This document shows, piece by piece, positions 39,501-48,224 of a stretch of 64,000 nt of DNA. Origin of the DNA: Cyanobacteria bacterium P01_D01_bin.156 (GTDB taxonomy: Bacteria; Cyanobacteriota; Cyanobacteriia; Phormidesmidales; Phormidesmidaceae). The translations under genes were made by a program, and so were the position numbers. How positions within the stretch are numbered: position 1 is the stretch's first letter; every line of letters starts with the position of its first letter. The stretch is taken from NCBI GenBank assembly GCA_039024555.1, contig JBCCQQ010000034.1, forward strand, positions 1 through 64,000, given 5' to 3'. The notes below the pieces were generated by a model, which made no database searches, was not told the DNA's origin, and saw only the letters and a list, made by a program, of their open reading frames with translations.

Positions 39501-41274
39501 CCACCGGATAGGCAGGATCAATGGGGACGTAGGCGGTACCGGTTTTTAGCACCCCTAAAATGGCCACCAACATTGCCATGGACCGTTCCATAAACAGCCC
39601 TACGGTTGACCCTTTTGTGACACCTTGCTGAATCAGATAGTGGGCCAGCTGATTTGTTTGGTGGTCCAACTCACCATAGGTTAAAGTTTCGTTTCCAAAG
39701 ACAACGGCAATCTTGCCAGCGCAACAGTCTACCTGTCGCTGAAATTCTGTTATCAGAGTTGGCGCATGGGCACTCTCTGAATTCTGGAAGGTATTAACAT
39801 CTAAAGTCTTTAGTCTCAGAGGTGGGTGGGTCGGAATAACTGAGAGATTTTTGATTGAAGCTGCTTTAGAGCCTGGATCAAGAGGCTCTTGGTTCTCCCT
39901 CTGTTTGTAAGATAATAATGAGCTCTCCTCTTCCGCCAGGATATTGACTGCACCAATCAGCTGCTGGCCATCCTGCAACCACGCATCCAACAGCTTACAA
40001 AAGTGCTCTGTGGCCCACTGTCTTTGATTATCAGAAATCAAATCGCAGTTAAAATCAAACTGCAGCGTGAAATTGCCTGTGGCATCAAAATCTTGTACTT
40101 CTAGCCGCAAATGGTGCTGGCTGTCCCCATAGCCCGAGTGAATCCAATCCGTATGGACTGGCCTGCCAGCAAAATCTGGAAATGTGACGTTGATATAGCT
40201 CAGGACCACATTCACATTGCGAGCCATGCCATGGTGACTCACACCAGATTGGGCGTAGCGTAGGAATGCCATGGATTCTTGCGCCACTTTTTTTAAGAGA
40301 GACGTAAACGTTTCTTTTGGTGAAATCTCCACCTGGAGTGGAAACAGCTCCATAAAAACACCTGGTGTATTTTTTAGCACCGGAGTGGGGCGGTTGTGGG
40401 CAGGGGCCGCTATGGCTAGCTCTGTGTTGCCGCTAATGCGATATAGGTAGGCAAACACCAGGGTTAAAAACAAATTAAACTGAGACTGATGAATTGATAG
40501 CGTTTGTGCCTCTGGAGTCTGGGCTAATGAGCGTAGCGCCTGGGAGCGCTCTGGCCCCAGCTCAAAACAGGTTCGCTCTGTTCGAGTGGTCGCTGTTTCA
40601 GTTGACTGACCATACAAAGGAATGGCTAAGGGCAAGGTCTTTTGCTTTTGTTGCCAATGGCTGATGCTTTGTTGTTGCCAGGTCGGTTGCTGTTCTTTGA
40701 CTGAAGTGGCGTACTTTGCGTAGGCAGGTAGTTCTGCCACGTCGGCCAAGTGATTGCTAAGAGATTTAGCATAGTACTCCTGTAATCGTCGGTAAAGCAG
40801 CGAAACCGACCAGTTATCTGTAATTAAGTGATGCTGATTGAAATGCCAAATAAATCGATCCGATGCCAGTTGCAACAGCGCCGAATCAAATAAGCATGTT
40901 TGTAAATTTAAGAGCTTGGTGGATTGTTCCCGCATCCACTGTTTTGATGCAGCAGAGGGATTTGCTTGTTTAGAAAAATCTATAAAAGGAAGCGTATATT
41001 CCAGGTGTGGAGCCACCTGCTGCTGTGGGATGCCATCGGATTCAACAATGGTTAACCGCAAAATATCGCAGTGGTTCACTAACTGCTGAAACGCTCTTTG
41101 AAAGTGAACGGGCTCAATTTCTCCCTGAATGGTGAAGCTAAACACCATGTTATACAGGGGACTGTCTGGATTGAGCTTTTGGCCCAACCACAATAGAATT
41201 TGTCCTGTTGTTAGGTTGGACTGGGCTGCGATCTCATCTACCTGTTGGCTCAAATTAGTGGCGTTATCACTCAC
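36574..41274 (-). CDS. NRPS module C-A-PCP-E
   Basis: HHLITDNWS; YILFTSGSTGKPKG, YGPTE, YKTGD, TPNGKVD; FFDLGGDSI; HHLAVDALSW, EGHGRE, RTVGWFTT, PNRGMGYG. Confidence 0.92.
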   Translation of the reverse strand: MSDNATNLSQQVDEIAAQSNLTTGQILLWLGQKLNPDSPLYNMVFSFTIQGEIEPVHFQRAFQQLVNHCDILRLTIVESDGIPQQQVAPHLEYTLPFIDFSKQANPSAASKQWMREQSTKLLNLQTCLFDSALLQLASDRFIWHFNQHHLITDNWSVSLLYRRLQEYYAKSLSNHLADVAELPAYAKYATSVKEQQPTWQQQSISHWQQKQKTLPLAIPLYGQSTETATTRTERTCFELGPERSQALRSLAQTPEAQTLSIHQSQFNLFLTLVFAYLYRISGNTELAIAAPAHNRPTPVLKNTPGVFMELFPLQVEISPKETFTSLLKKVAQESMAFLRYAQSGVSHHGMARNVNVVLSYINVTFPDFAGRPVHTDWIHSGYGDSQHHLRLEVQDFDATGNFTLQFDFNCDLISDNQRQWATEHFCKLLDAWLQDGQQLIGAVNILAEEESSLLSYKQRENQEPLDPGSKAASIKNLSVIPTHPPLRLKTLDVNTFQNSESAHAPTLITEFQRQVDCCAGKIAVVFGNETLTYGELDHQTNQLAHYLIQQGVTKGSTVGLFMERSMAMLVAILGVLKTGTAYVPIDPAYPVERTQFMVEDGQIFTLLTQRSLVKQGPTAKHILIWEEHYSHIKQQSTDSPAVDLTPEDLAYILFTSGSTGKPKGVMVEHRNVLAMVRGFEQTASTRDTLTGTALCSYGFDVSVWEVFSNLCFGGTLHLLPADVVTSGLGEYLTTHEITSAYIPPALLPLVIQTLEKYEGDIPLDRILVGVEPIQQQLLQRYRQRMPQLRIVNGYGPTETTICATFYSFDTITKPEGITPIGRALPGYEVYLVNPQGQQVPVGVKGEIVIGGAGLSRGYVNRPDLMAQRFVDNPFGPGKLYKTGDQARYLLDGNLEFLGRLDAQVKIRGFRVELSEVETVFGQHPDIQQAVVLAKKIQQDRLSLIAYLTVKNPIRDSVRIRAFLQQKLPDYMVPSAFVVLDDFPITPNGKVDRRQLASPAYEPLKHLGGGIDHTAPTSAWETYMTNLWATCLRVDSIGIHDNFFDLGGDSITAIQIAAQATEKGIALSPQQILQHPTVANVLSQVETVQNLVADPLQSTEPVPLTPVQKSFFEQVTVEPHHWNQSLILESKQPIDPAMLETALQQLVRHHAILRYAFTLEESGWCQQLLTTEPGPLLHYVDLSKKTAADQARLMVETEVQLQNSLELATGRLLQAALFNLGNNQPSRLVLIIHHLAVDALSWLTLLNDLESFYKQAKGETPVPPLPTTAFPAWATALAKTAEKFTPELSHWLKLTQTVIYPLPKDAEVAHNNTVASVQTITTTLDKENTSRLLKDLPKASRAQVNEILLTALTRTLGGRLLVDLEGHGREESVVPGVNLVRTVGWFTTVYPLLLTLPQSDIREQLQAVKEQLRAVPNRGMGYGVLRYVSDDPDVKQQLEAVPQAEILFNYLGDLAALVPAGSMFQMVRELQLSRSAKGERRYVLEINAAVVKGQLQMECCYSCGIHRQATVQTWADEVMEGVRSQIAHYLSPNASQAATVVDFPLANLNNQKLGKIAALLNKVDRGG

Positions 41275-41542
41275 AGCCCAACCTCCGTGTTAGATACCCA
41301 TCGATGGTTTCGATCGAGCGAAAATTTTGGATGGTAATGTCTCCCAAAGGCACCTTGAACTTAAAGGTCTCTTCAATAAAGGCCACCAGACGCATCATGC
41401 CTAGGGAGTCAATAATTTCCCCCACCAGCAAGTCATCATCAGGTTCCACCTGCATATGACCGTTGAGCAACACATCGCTGATGTAGGTTTGTACAATTTG
41501 TTGCTGGTTAATGTCTTGTGGGTTTGTTTGAGTTGTTGTCAT
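41267..41542 (-). CDS. Stand-alone acyl/peptidyl carrier protein (PltL/AnaD-like)
   Basis: IIDSLGMM phosphopantetheine motif; NFRSI..I. Confidence 0.9.
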   Translation of the reverse strand: MTTTQTNPQDINQQQIVQTYISDVLLNGHMQVEPDDDLLVGEIIDSLGMMRLVAFIEETFKFKVPLGDITIQNFRSIETIDGYLTRRLGCE

Positions 41543-41552
41543 GGCCTTACTC

Positions 41553-43199
41553 CTAAACAGCTATGGTTTCTTTAGTACCCTGCAATCTGGCAACCGCCTG
41601 ATTTTGCAGCGTACGACGGTCTATTTTGCCACTGGTGGTGCGGGGGAATGTGGCCGCAATTGAAATTCTTTCGGGCACCGCGTAGCTGGGCAGTTTTGCC
41701 GTCGCCTGTTGCTTCAGGTCAGCTTCTACCAGGGCGCTATCCGGTTTCAAAATCACCGCTGCTTCAATGTGGTGACTACCACCCTCTAGGGGCACCCCAT
41801 AGGCCGCCGCTTCTTCTACCTGGGGATGGCTCACTAGGGCCGCTTCTACCTCATCTAGCTCCACCCGGTAGCCCCGAGTTTTAATTTGTCGATCTTTACG
41901 GCCTACAAACTGGTAGTTACCATCTGGCTGCTGCTGGACTAAATCTCCTGTGCGATAGAATACGGCGGTTTGGTGGGCCACTGCAGTTTTGTAAAACGCG
42001 ATCTCATTGAGATCCGGGCGTTGCCAATACCCCGTCATCATGGTGGGGGTTCTCACCAACAGTTCACCCACTTCTCCAGAGTTGACTGGCTCGTCTTCAC
42101 CATCTATCACCAACTCTTCTGCATTAGCCCAAATCTTACCAATGGGAGCCACATCATCGGGGATGGATTGTCCTTTTTCTAAAGGAGGCACATGGTAGTA
42201 GCTACACTGGTTAATCTCCGCCGGACCGTATACGTTACTAAACCGTGCCTGGGGCAGACGCTCCATTAGGCCATACATATATTTTGCCGGGTAGGGTTCC
42301 CCACCAAACATTACCCACCGCAGGGGACTGAGATCTCGCTCTTCTAGCACACCCCGCAACAGTAACTGAATCAGGGCAAAGGGCACAGAGTACCAAATGG
42401 TTAATCTCTCATCCTGGGCTAGCTGCGAGAGACTGGCAGGCATTTTGGTGTACGCCTCCGGAATAATCACCGTTGTTGCCCCCACCAGCGGTCCGGAAAA
42501 ATAATCCAGGGTAGACATATCAAAATGCAGTGGGGAGTGATTGCCTAGGCGATCTTTGTGGGTTAAACCGTAGGTATCTGCCGCCATCCGCGCATAGTTT
42601 AGACCACTGCGGTGGGTGTGCATAATCCCCTTGGGAGTGCCCGTAGACCCAGAGGTATACATAATGTAGGCCAGATCCTGCTCCATAATTTGGACAACAG
42701 GAGACATGTCACTGGGGGCAATATCTGACCAGTTACAGTGGTCCACGCCGTGGGGAGCGTTAAAACTCTCGGGCAGTCCAACAATATGACGCAAGGGTTG
42801 GGTGCGCTGCGGTCCAATATCTGTTGCCAGAATGGCATCCAACAGCGCCGGGATTTTCATCCGCTTCGATTTTTGAGTAATCAAGTGGTGAATGTCGCAA
42901 TGACGGATGGCATAGGCGGTACGGGTGACGGGTGCTGCTGGGTCTAGGGGCACATAGGCAGCCCCAGCTTTCCAAATGCCATAGATTGCGATCGCGCTTT
43001 CTAAACCCTTACTGAGATAAATCCCTACCCGATCTCCCCGCTTTACCCCCGCTGCCATCAGGGAGTGGGCTAACCCATTGGCCTGCTTCCACAGATCCCG
43101 GTAGGTCAGTCCTTTACCTTCACAGCGAAACGCCTCCCGGTCAGGGAACTGTTCAGCAGAGCGGTCTAAAATTTGAGACAACAGATACATCATAGTCAC
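41553..43199 (-). CDS. Stand-alone adenylation enzyme (PltF/RedM/AnaC-like imino-acid ligase)
   Basis: YIMYTSGSTGTPKG, PLHFDMS, WYSVP, YGPAE, YRTGDL, GRKDRQIKTRGYRVEL, TSGKIDR. Confidence 0.9.
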   Translation of the reverse strand: MTMMYLLSQILDRSAEQFPDREAFRCEGKGLTYRDLWKQANGLAHSLMAAGVKRGDRVGIYLSKGLESAIAIYGIWKAGAAYVPLDPAAPVTRTAYAIRHCDIHHLITQKSKRMKIPALLDAILATDIGPQRTQPLRHIVGLPESFNAPHGVDHCNWSDIAPSDMSPVVQIMEQDLAYIMYTSGSTGTPKGIMHTHRSGLNYARMAADTYGLTHKDRLGNHSPLHFDMSTLDYFSGPLVGATTVIIPEAYTKMPASLSQLAQDERLTIWYSVPFALIQLLLRGVLEERDLSPLRWVMFGGEPYPAKYMYGLMERLPQARFSNVYGPAEINQCSYYHVPPLEKGQSIPDDVAPIGKIWANAEELVIDGEDEPVNSGEVGELLVRTPTMMTGYWQRPDLNEIAFYKTAVAHQTAVFYRTGDLVQQQPDGNYQFVGRKDRQIKTRGYRVELDEVEAALVSHPQVEEAAAYGVPLEGGSHHIEAAVILKPDSALVEADLKQQATAKLPSYAVPERISIAATFPRTTSGKIDRRTLQNQAVARLQGTKETIAV

Positions 43200-43202
43200 C
43201 CC

Positions 43203-44351
43203 CTACAGCCCCAGAGAACGCGCAATAATGTTGCGCTGAATATCCGATGTACCGGCGTAAATCACCCCGCCAATGGCATCCCGCAGATCCCGCTCCACTT
43301 CGTATTCGGTCAAATAGCCATTGCCCCCATGGATTCGCACCGCATCTAAACCAGAGGCCACAAAACACTCACTTAAATAGAGCTTTAAGAGAGCCGCCTC
43401 TAACATGGCCGGTTCTCCCCGTTCCTTGAGCCAAGCGACTTTGTAGAGCAACAGCCGTGCCGTTTCCAGCCGCAGTTTCATATCAGCCACCCGGTTCGAC
43501 ACCGACTGAAACTTGCCAATGGGCTGACCATACTGTTCCCGCGACTTTGCATAGTCGATGGTTTTCTCCAGCTGGCGCTCCATGGTCCCCAGCTCACTGG
43601 CCAGATTAAAACAGCGATCGTATTCCAACGAATTGTGGGAGAAACTAAACCCGGCCCCTTCTGGCCCCAGACGATTCTCCTCAGGAACAAAACAATCTTC
43701 AAAAAAGATTTCCCCAAAGGGTACGGTACGTAGCCCCATTTTGTCTTTGACCGGCCCCGTGGAAAAACCAGAAGATGTACGCTCCACTAAAAAGGCCGTA
43801 ACCCCCCACTTACCCAAAGCTGGATCTACCGTGGCAAATACCAGGGCCAAATCGCAAATGGGGGCACAGGTTACAAACTTTTTACTGCCGTTAAGCACAT
43901 AGCCCCCCTCACACTTTTTGGCATGGGTTTTGAGGCTGTACACATCAGACCCCGCATTGGGTTCCGATAGGGCATGTACTCCAATCCATTCACCGTTGCA
44001 CAGTTTGGGTAAGTATTTCTGTTTTTGTGCGTCAGTCCCAAACTGCAATAACAAAATCTGTACCGTCCACATCTGGGCATTTAGTCCCAGTGTTAGGCCA
44101 TTATCTTCACAACCGTATCCTAGGGCCTCCATGGCCAGTACCGCCGTCATAATATCCAGCGCTGGCGAATCGCTGTAGTCTTCTGGCATGCACATACCCT
44201 GGATGCCAAACTCGGCACATTTTTTCCAGTTCTCCCAGGAAAATTTTCCATGGTAGTCTCGCTCCACCATGTCTCCATTCAGATTCTCTTGCGCAAACTG
44301 AATGACGCGATTCTTAAAAGCAAGTTGTTCATCGGACCAAGAGAAATCCAT
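43203..44351 (-). CDS. Acyl-CoA dehydrogenase family, aminoacyl-carrier dehydrogenase (PltE/RedW/AnaB-like)
   Basis: EALGYGCEDNGL, SEPNAGSD, KMGLRT, R.QYGQPIGKFQSV, IYAGTSDIQRNII. Confidence 0.9.
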   Translation of the reverse strand: MDFSWSDEQLAFKNRVIQFAQENLNGDMVERDYHGKFSWENWKKCAEFGIQGMCMPEDYSDSPALDIMTAVLAMEALGYGCEDNGLTLGLNAQMWTVQILLLQFGTDAQKQKYLPKLCNGEWIGVHALSEPNAGSDVYSLKTHAKKCEGGYVLNGSKKFVTCAPICDLALVFATVDPALGKWGVTAFLVERTSSGFSTGPVKDKMGLRTVPFGEIFFEDCFVPEENRLGPEGAGFSFSHNSLEYDRCFNLASELGTMERQLEKTIDYAKSREQYGQPIGKFQSVSNRVADMKLRLETARLLLYKVAWLKERGEPAMLEAALLKLYLSECFVASGLDAVRIHGGNGYLTEYEVERDLRDAIGGVIYAGTSDIQRNIIARSLGL

Positions 44352-44382
44352 GGGTAGTTAACAGTAAAATTAATAAACAGAA

Positions 44383-45486
44383 CTATAGAACAAAGCTATA
44401 GGGGTTTTTAACCTCAGCGGTTGCACTTTCTAACTCAGTCGGGGTGCCAACGTTTAGCTCAGCGGCATAGTCCAGCAGAATATTCATAGCCACCTGATCC
44501 TCCAAGGCAAAGCCAGTGGAGTCAAACACCGTACGCTGTTGCTGATAGTGACGATATTGCCCAGGATGCTGAACCACATGGAATAGTTCAGCACCAATTT
44601 TTTGTTGATCCGTCAGCTGCTGACATTCCCCTTCGCGAATCGCCTGGTCTCGAAAGTCAGGACAGACAAAACTACGCTCTAACAGCGCAAGGGGGACTTC
44701 AACCTTACCCGGAAAATCAGCGCCAACGGCGTTAACATGCAGCCAAGGTTTGATTTTTTGAGCTGTGAACACTGGTCCCTTTCCTACATCTACCGATGTG
44801 GCGGTACAGAGAATATCGGCAGTGGCAACAATCTCTGAAATATTCGCAGTGACGATTTCTAAATGTCCTAGACCCAGGCAAGCAATGCGCTCGGAAAATG
44901 ACTCACTCGCCGCTGGGTCCGTATCAAAAACGAATATCTTTTTTAGGTCAAAACAACGAGAGAGACCATGCAGCTGAGTAACAGCCTGGGCACCAGCACC
45001 AATCAGCCCCAAGACTTGACTATCGGGGGATGCCAGATATTGACTTGCGATCGCAGATGCCGCTCCCGTACGTAGAGCCGTTAAAAACGTTCCATCCATC
45101 ACTGCAGACAGATGTCCTGAGGCAGGATCATACGCCGACACCGTAGACAACACCGTTGGCAAATGATGCAGACTAGGATTCTGAGGATGATAGCCCACCG
45201 CCTTCACCACAATTTGCCGGTACCGTTCAAACAGAGGCATCCATTCCACTAATCCCGTTTGCGGATAGTCATAGCTAAACCCCGTACGCACAGGGACTAC
45301 GGTTTCCTTCGGATCAAAGCTTTGAAAGGCTTGAATCAGTCGAGTAATTGTTTCATCCATCAGGGTATCTAACCCAACAGAGTTAACAATTTGTCGAATA
45401 TTGTCCACAGAAAGGACCAAGGTCTCCAACGGTGGTCTTAATGTCGCATGAGTCTTTGCCACTCTAGTTTGCGCTAAAGAAACCAT
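44383..45486 (-). CDS. Cyclodeaminase (mu-crystallin family), lysine cyclodeaminase RapL/PipA-like
   Basis: EWMP, K.VGYHP.NP, LTALRTGAASA, GAGAQAVTQLH, TATSV.VG.GPV, NAVGAD..GK, REGECQQL, FDSTGFALED. Confidence 0.85.
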   Translation of the reverse strand: MVSLAQTRVAKTHATLRPPLETLVLSVDNIRQIVNSVGLDTLMDETITRLIQAFQSFDPKETVVPVRTGFSYDYPQTGLVEWMPLFERYRQIVVKAVGYHPQNPSLHHLPTVLSTVSAYDPASGHLSAVMDGTFLTALRTGAASAIASQYLASPDSQVLGLIGAGAQAVTQLHGLSRCFDLKKIFVFDTDPAASESFSERIACLGLGHLEIVTANISEIVATADILCTATSVDVGKGPVFTAQKIKPWLHVNAVGADFPGKVEVPLALLERSFVCPDFRDQAIREGECQQLTDQQKIGAELFHVVQHPGQYRHYQQQRTVFDSTGFALEDQVAMNILLDYAAELNVGTPTELESATAEVKNPYSFVL

Positions 45487-45544
45487 AAAAGCTGTTTACT
45501 TAATCAGTGTTGATAAATTGACTAACTAGCCAGACCAGACCTGC

Positions 45545-46771
45545 TCAAAACAGGCCCTGTAACAGTGGCAAAACTCGAATATTGACATCAAATGCTCGCT
45601 CAATAAACCAGTAAAGCGATATCATCCCCAGCAACAAGGCACCGGCTTTCATAACAAAACTGGCATAGAACCGCTGTGTCCGCAGCACATAGAGCAGAGG
45701 AAAAATCACTGCAATAATTGCCAGTTGACCAATTTCCACACCGAGATTAAACCCGAATAAGGACAACGCCGCATGGCGACTGGTTACCCCCAGTTGGTCT
45801 AATACATCGGCAAATCCAAATCCATGGAACAAACCAAAGAGAAAAACCAGTAACCAGGAACGACCACGAAAAATAGGATAAAAAATATCAACAGCCGCCA
45901 GACCAATGGATGCCGCAATTACAGATTCCACAATGCGAGATGGCACTTGGACAATCTGGAATGTAGCCAAGCACAGAGTAATGCTATGGGCCACTGTAAA
46001 AGCCGTTGCCACCTTAACGATATACACAAAAGCTGTCGAAAGTTTGCCTACGGGTTGCCATGCATCCTGCTGCTGTCGCCATAGTGCCGATGGTAGCAGC
46101 AGCGCCACCAAAAAGAGAACATGGTCTATACCCTTTAATATGTGAGTGATGCCTAGAGAGACAATGGCAGAAAAACCTTGCCAGAGACTGCCCGACGTTA
46201 AGTCTAACGTTTGCGTTTGCCCTGGTTTTCTAAAAATCATTAACGGCTGAGACTCGTTCTGGAAGGTGCCCGTCATCCAGTTCTCTTCTATCAACAGCAT
46301 ATTAGTATGCTGTGGTCGCTGCTCTAAAATAACGTCGTAGGTGGCATCAATGGACGTGGGCATCGTTTGAAACCCTGCCAAATCGTATTCAAGGAGCAAA
46401 AACTGAGCAAATGTTGTGTTCAGAAAGCGATAATCTTGAAACGCTAGACTACAGGCCTCAGGAGAACAGTCAAGGGTTAAATGCTCGTCAACATAGTTTC
46501 TAATCTTATCTAGGTGGGGCCGTATGTCATCTCTTCGAACTCTCTTGTCAGTTGGAAAACCCAACTCAAGCACCTCATTAAGTTCCTTCAGGGGTAGCTC
46601 TACTCGAGCATCAATAGTCTCTTCACCAATTCCCAAGTACACATAGCTTTGGCCTAAGTTGTGAGCAACCCCCTTTAACATCAAAGATGAGCCAAGAAAA
46701 ACACATAGGAAACATGCCAACGTTGCAAGTAAGACCCTGGCTATAGTGGAACGTATCGACCTTAAAAGCAT
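45545..46771 (-). CDS. HupE/UreJ-family membrane protein with N-terminal extracytoplasmic domain
   Basis: GITHILKGIDHVLFL, TAFTVAHSITL, FGLFHGFGFA, FNLGVEIGQ; signal-like N-terminus ending VAH. Confidence 0.88.
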   Translation of the reverse strand: MLLRSIRSTIARVLLATLACFLCVFLGSSLMLKGVAHNLGQSYVYLGIGEETIDARVELPLKELNEVLELGFPTDKRVRRDDIRPHLDKIRNYVDEHLTLDCSPEACSLAFQDYRFLNTTFAQFLLLEYDLAGFQTMPTSIDATYDVILEQRPQHTNMLLIEENWMTGTFQNESQPLMIFRKPGQTQTLDLTSGSLWQGFSAIVSLGITHILKGIDHVLFLVALLLPSALWRQQQDAWQPVGKLSTAFVYIVKVATAFTVAHSITLCLATFQIVQVPSRIVESVIAASIGLAAVDIFYPIFRGRSWLLVFLFGLFHGFGFADVLDQLGVTSRHAALSLFGFNLGVEIGQLAIIAVIFPLLYVLRTQRFYASFVMKAGALLLGMISLYWFIERAFDVNIRVLPLLQGLF

Positions 46772-47549
46772 GATTCTTCCTAGGCACACAAGTGCCACCC
46801 TAGGCTCCCAATGAACTGTGATCTATAAAAAATGAATGTAAGCTGAGGACCAAATTAAATCTTCCTCAAAATTTTGAACTTACTAAAACAACCATGAGCG
46901 TACTGACTTTGGCACGTATGCAAAAACTATACATTAGATTCTCTATGCTCAATACACTTTAAAAACAATCGACGTCTGACACAATAAATGTGATCTACGA
47001 ATGTCTATACGTTTAGTACGGTAACCTCAAAAGCATGGTTTTAAATACTAGATAAACCTTTTTTGAAGAGGAGATGAAGATATCTCTTTTAAAAGATAAA
47101 AGTATCGACAACTGACCTAAATCAGGCTTCTAACGGCAGTCTTATCATTAAATCATCGATCTTTGTAGAGCAGGCAACAGACAAACACACTTAGTTATGC
47201 ATTAATGCAGTTCTCTAAAGAATCTGTTGAACCCCTAAAGACCTCTATCAAAAATGGGTTTTGACTCGTACTGTGAAAAAAGAACAGTGTTGATAACGGT
47301 TTAAAGTGACTTCCTAGTGAATACAGTCTGTTGTGTAAACCACATTCACCAATTCCTTTTTTTCTTAAGCTCAGAAAAATCTCTTTTGTAGTGATAATTC
47401 TCTCAAGAGTTTTCTCTCAATGGGGCTACGAAGATTCTAGACATAGTGAAATGCAGTTTGCACCGTATGTTTAACACTTCCATTGCCCATAACCATCAAA
47501 ATGGTCTGTAAGACCTTTCAAGGTAGGGGAATCACCTTGAGGGGTGGCG

Positions 47550-47697
47550 ATGCGACGCTCTATGTACGCAAAGCGATAAATGCAACATCTGTTGGTTTAG
47601 TGTACGGAAGCGACCTGGTGTAAGTTGCTATGGAGTATAAAGTTAAGCCGGGAAACCTCGATTAGGACTGAATGCGGAAGTCTGAAAGGGTGGGCAT
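47550..47697 (+). mobile_element. Possible truncated 5' fragment of a group II intron
   Basis: Starts (A)TGCGACG, close to the GUGYG 5' consensus. Resembles from memory cyanobacterial group II intron domain I (GTGTACGGAAGCGAC, GGACTGAATGCGGAAGTCTGAAAGG). No RT ORF or domain V follows. Confidence 0.4.
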
Positions 47698-47727
47698 TCC
47701 AAATTCCTAACTCCAAATTCCTAACTC
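47698..47727. repeat. Short tandem repeat (STRR-like)
   Basis: TCCAAATTCCTAAC x2. Confidence 0.7.
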
Positions 47728-48224
47728 TAGTTTTCTGGGAAAATCATTTTGCTTTATGTTAATACCCTTGCTATGGCATAGAACCCAGCGTAAACATATT
47801 CTAAATGCTGAGCTACGAACATAAATCAATATTCAGACTCACGCGCTGACTCGTTTCTCAATTGCAGACCTGGTAGGATGGGCGGATCAATCGGAAATCA
47901 CTGAAATTTATTGATTTGCTCCATAATTGACCGGTTAGGCAACCACGATGATGAATTCATTATTATCCGTAAAAAGCGATAATGCTACGGACAAGACTTA
48001 ATTAGCCCCATCAAGTTTTCCCCATCTGTAAATTCAGTGAGCTAGAGTATAGGGATACATAGATTTTTCTGGCGTTGCTTGCCTGAACTATGCTTTCCCA
48101 CTAGGGATGCTGAGCCGCAGCAAGCCTTGAAAATCAGTTCATCTTCTCAACCAGCAACGGTGATTTTTATATCCCGCAACTTCCTTGTAGACATGCCCCA
48201 ATCTGCCATCAAGTTTCAATCGAG

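Noticed and set aside
23938..41274. Aeruginosin-type glyco/sulfo-peptide cluster
   Set aside because: No Choi biosynthesis genes (aerD/E/F) and no aerA-like keto-acid loading module.
41267..44351. Anatoxin-a cluster (anaB/C/D-like triad)
   Set aside because: No PKS genes (anaE/F/G) or cyclase; the downstream genes are NRPS and the A pocket differs from the proline type.
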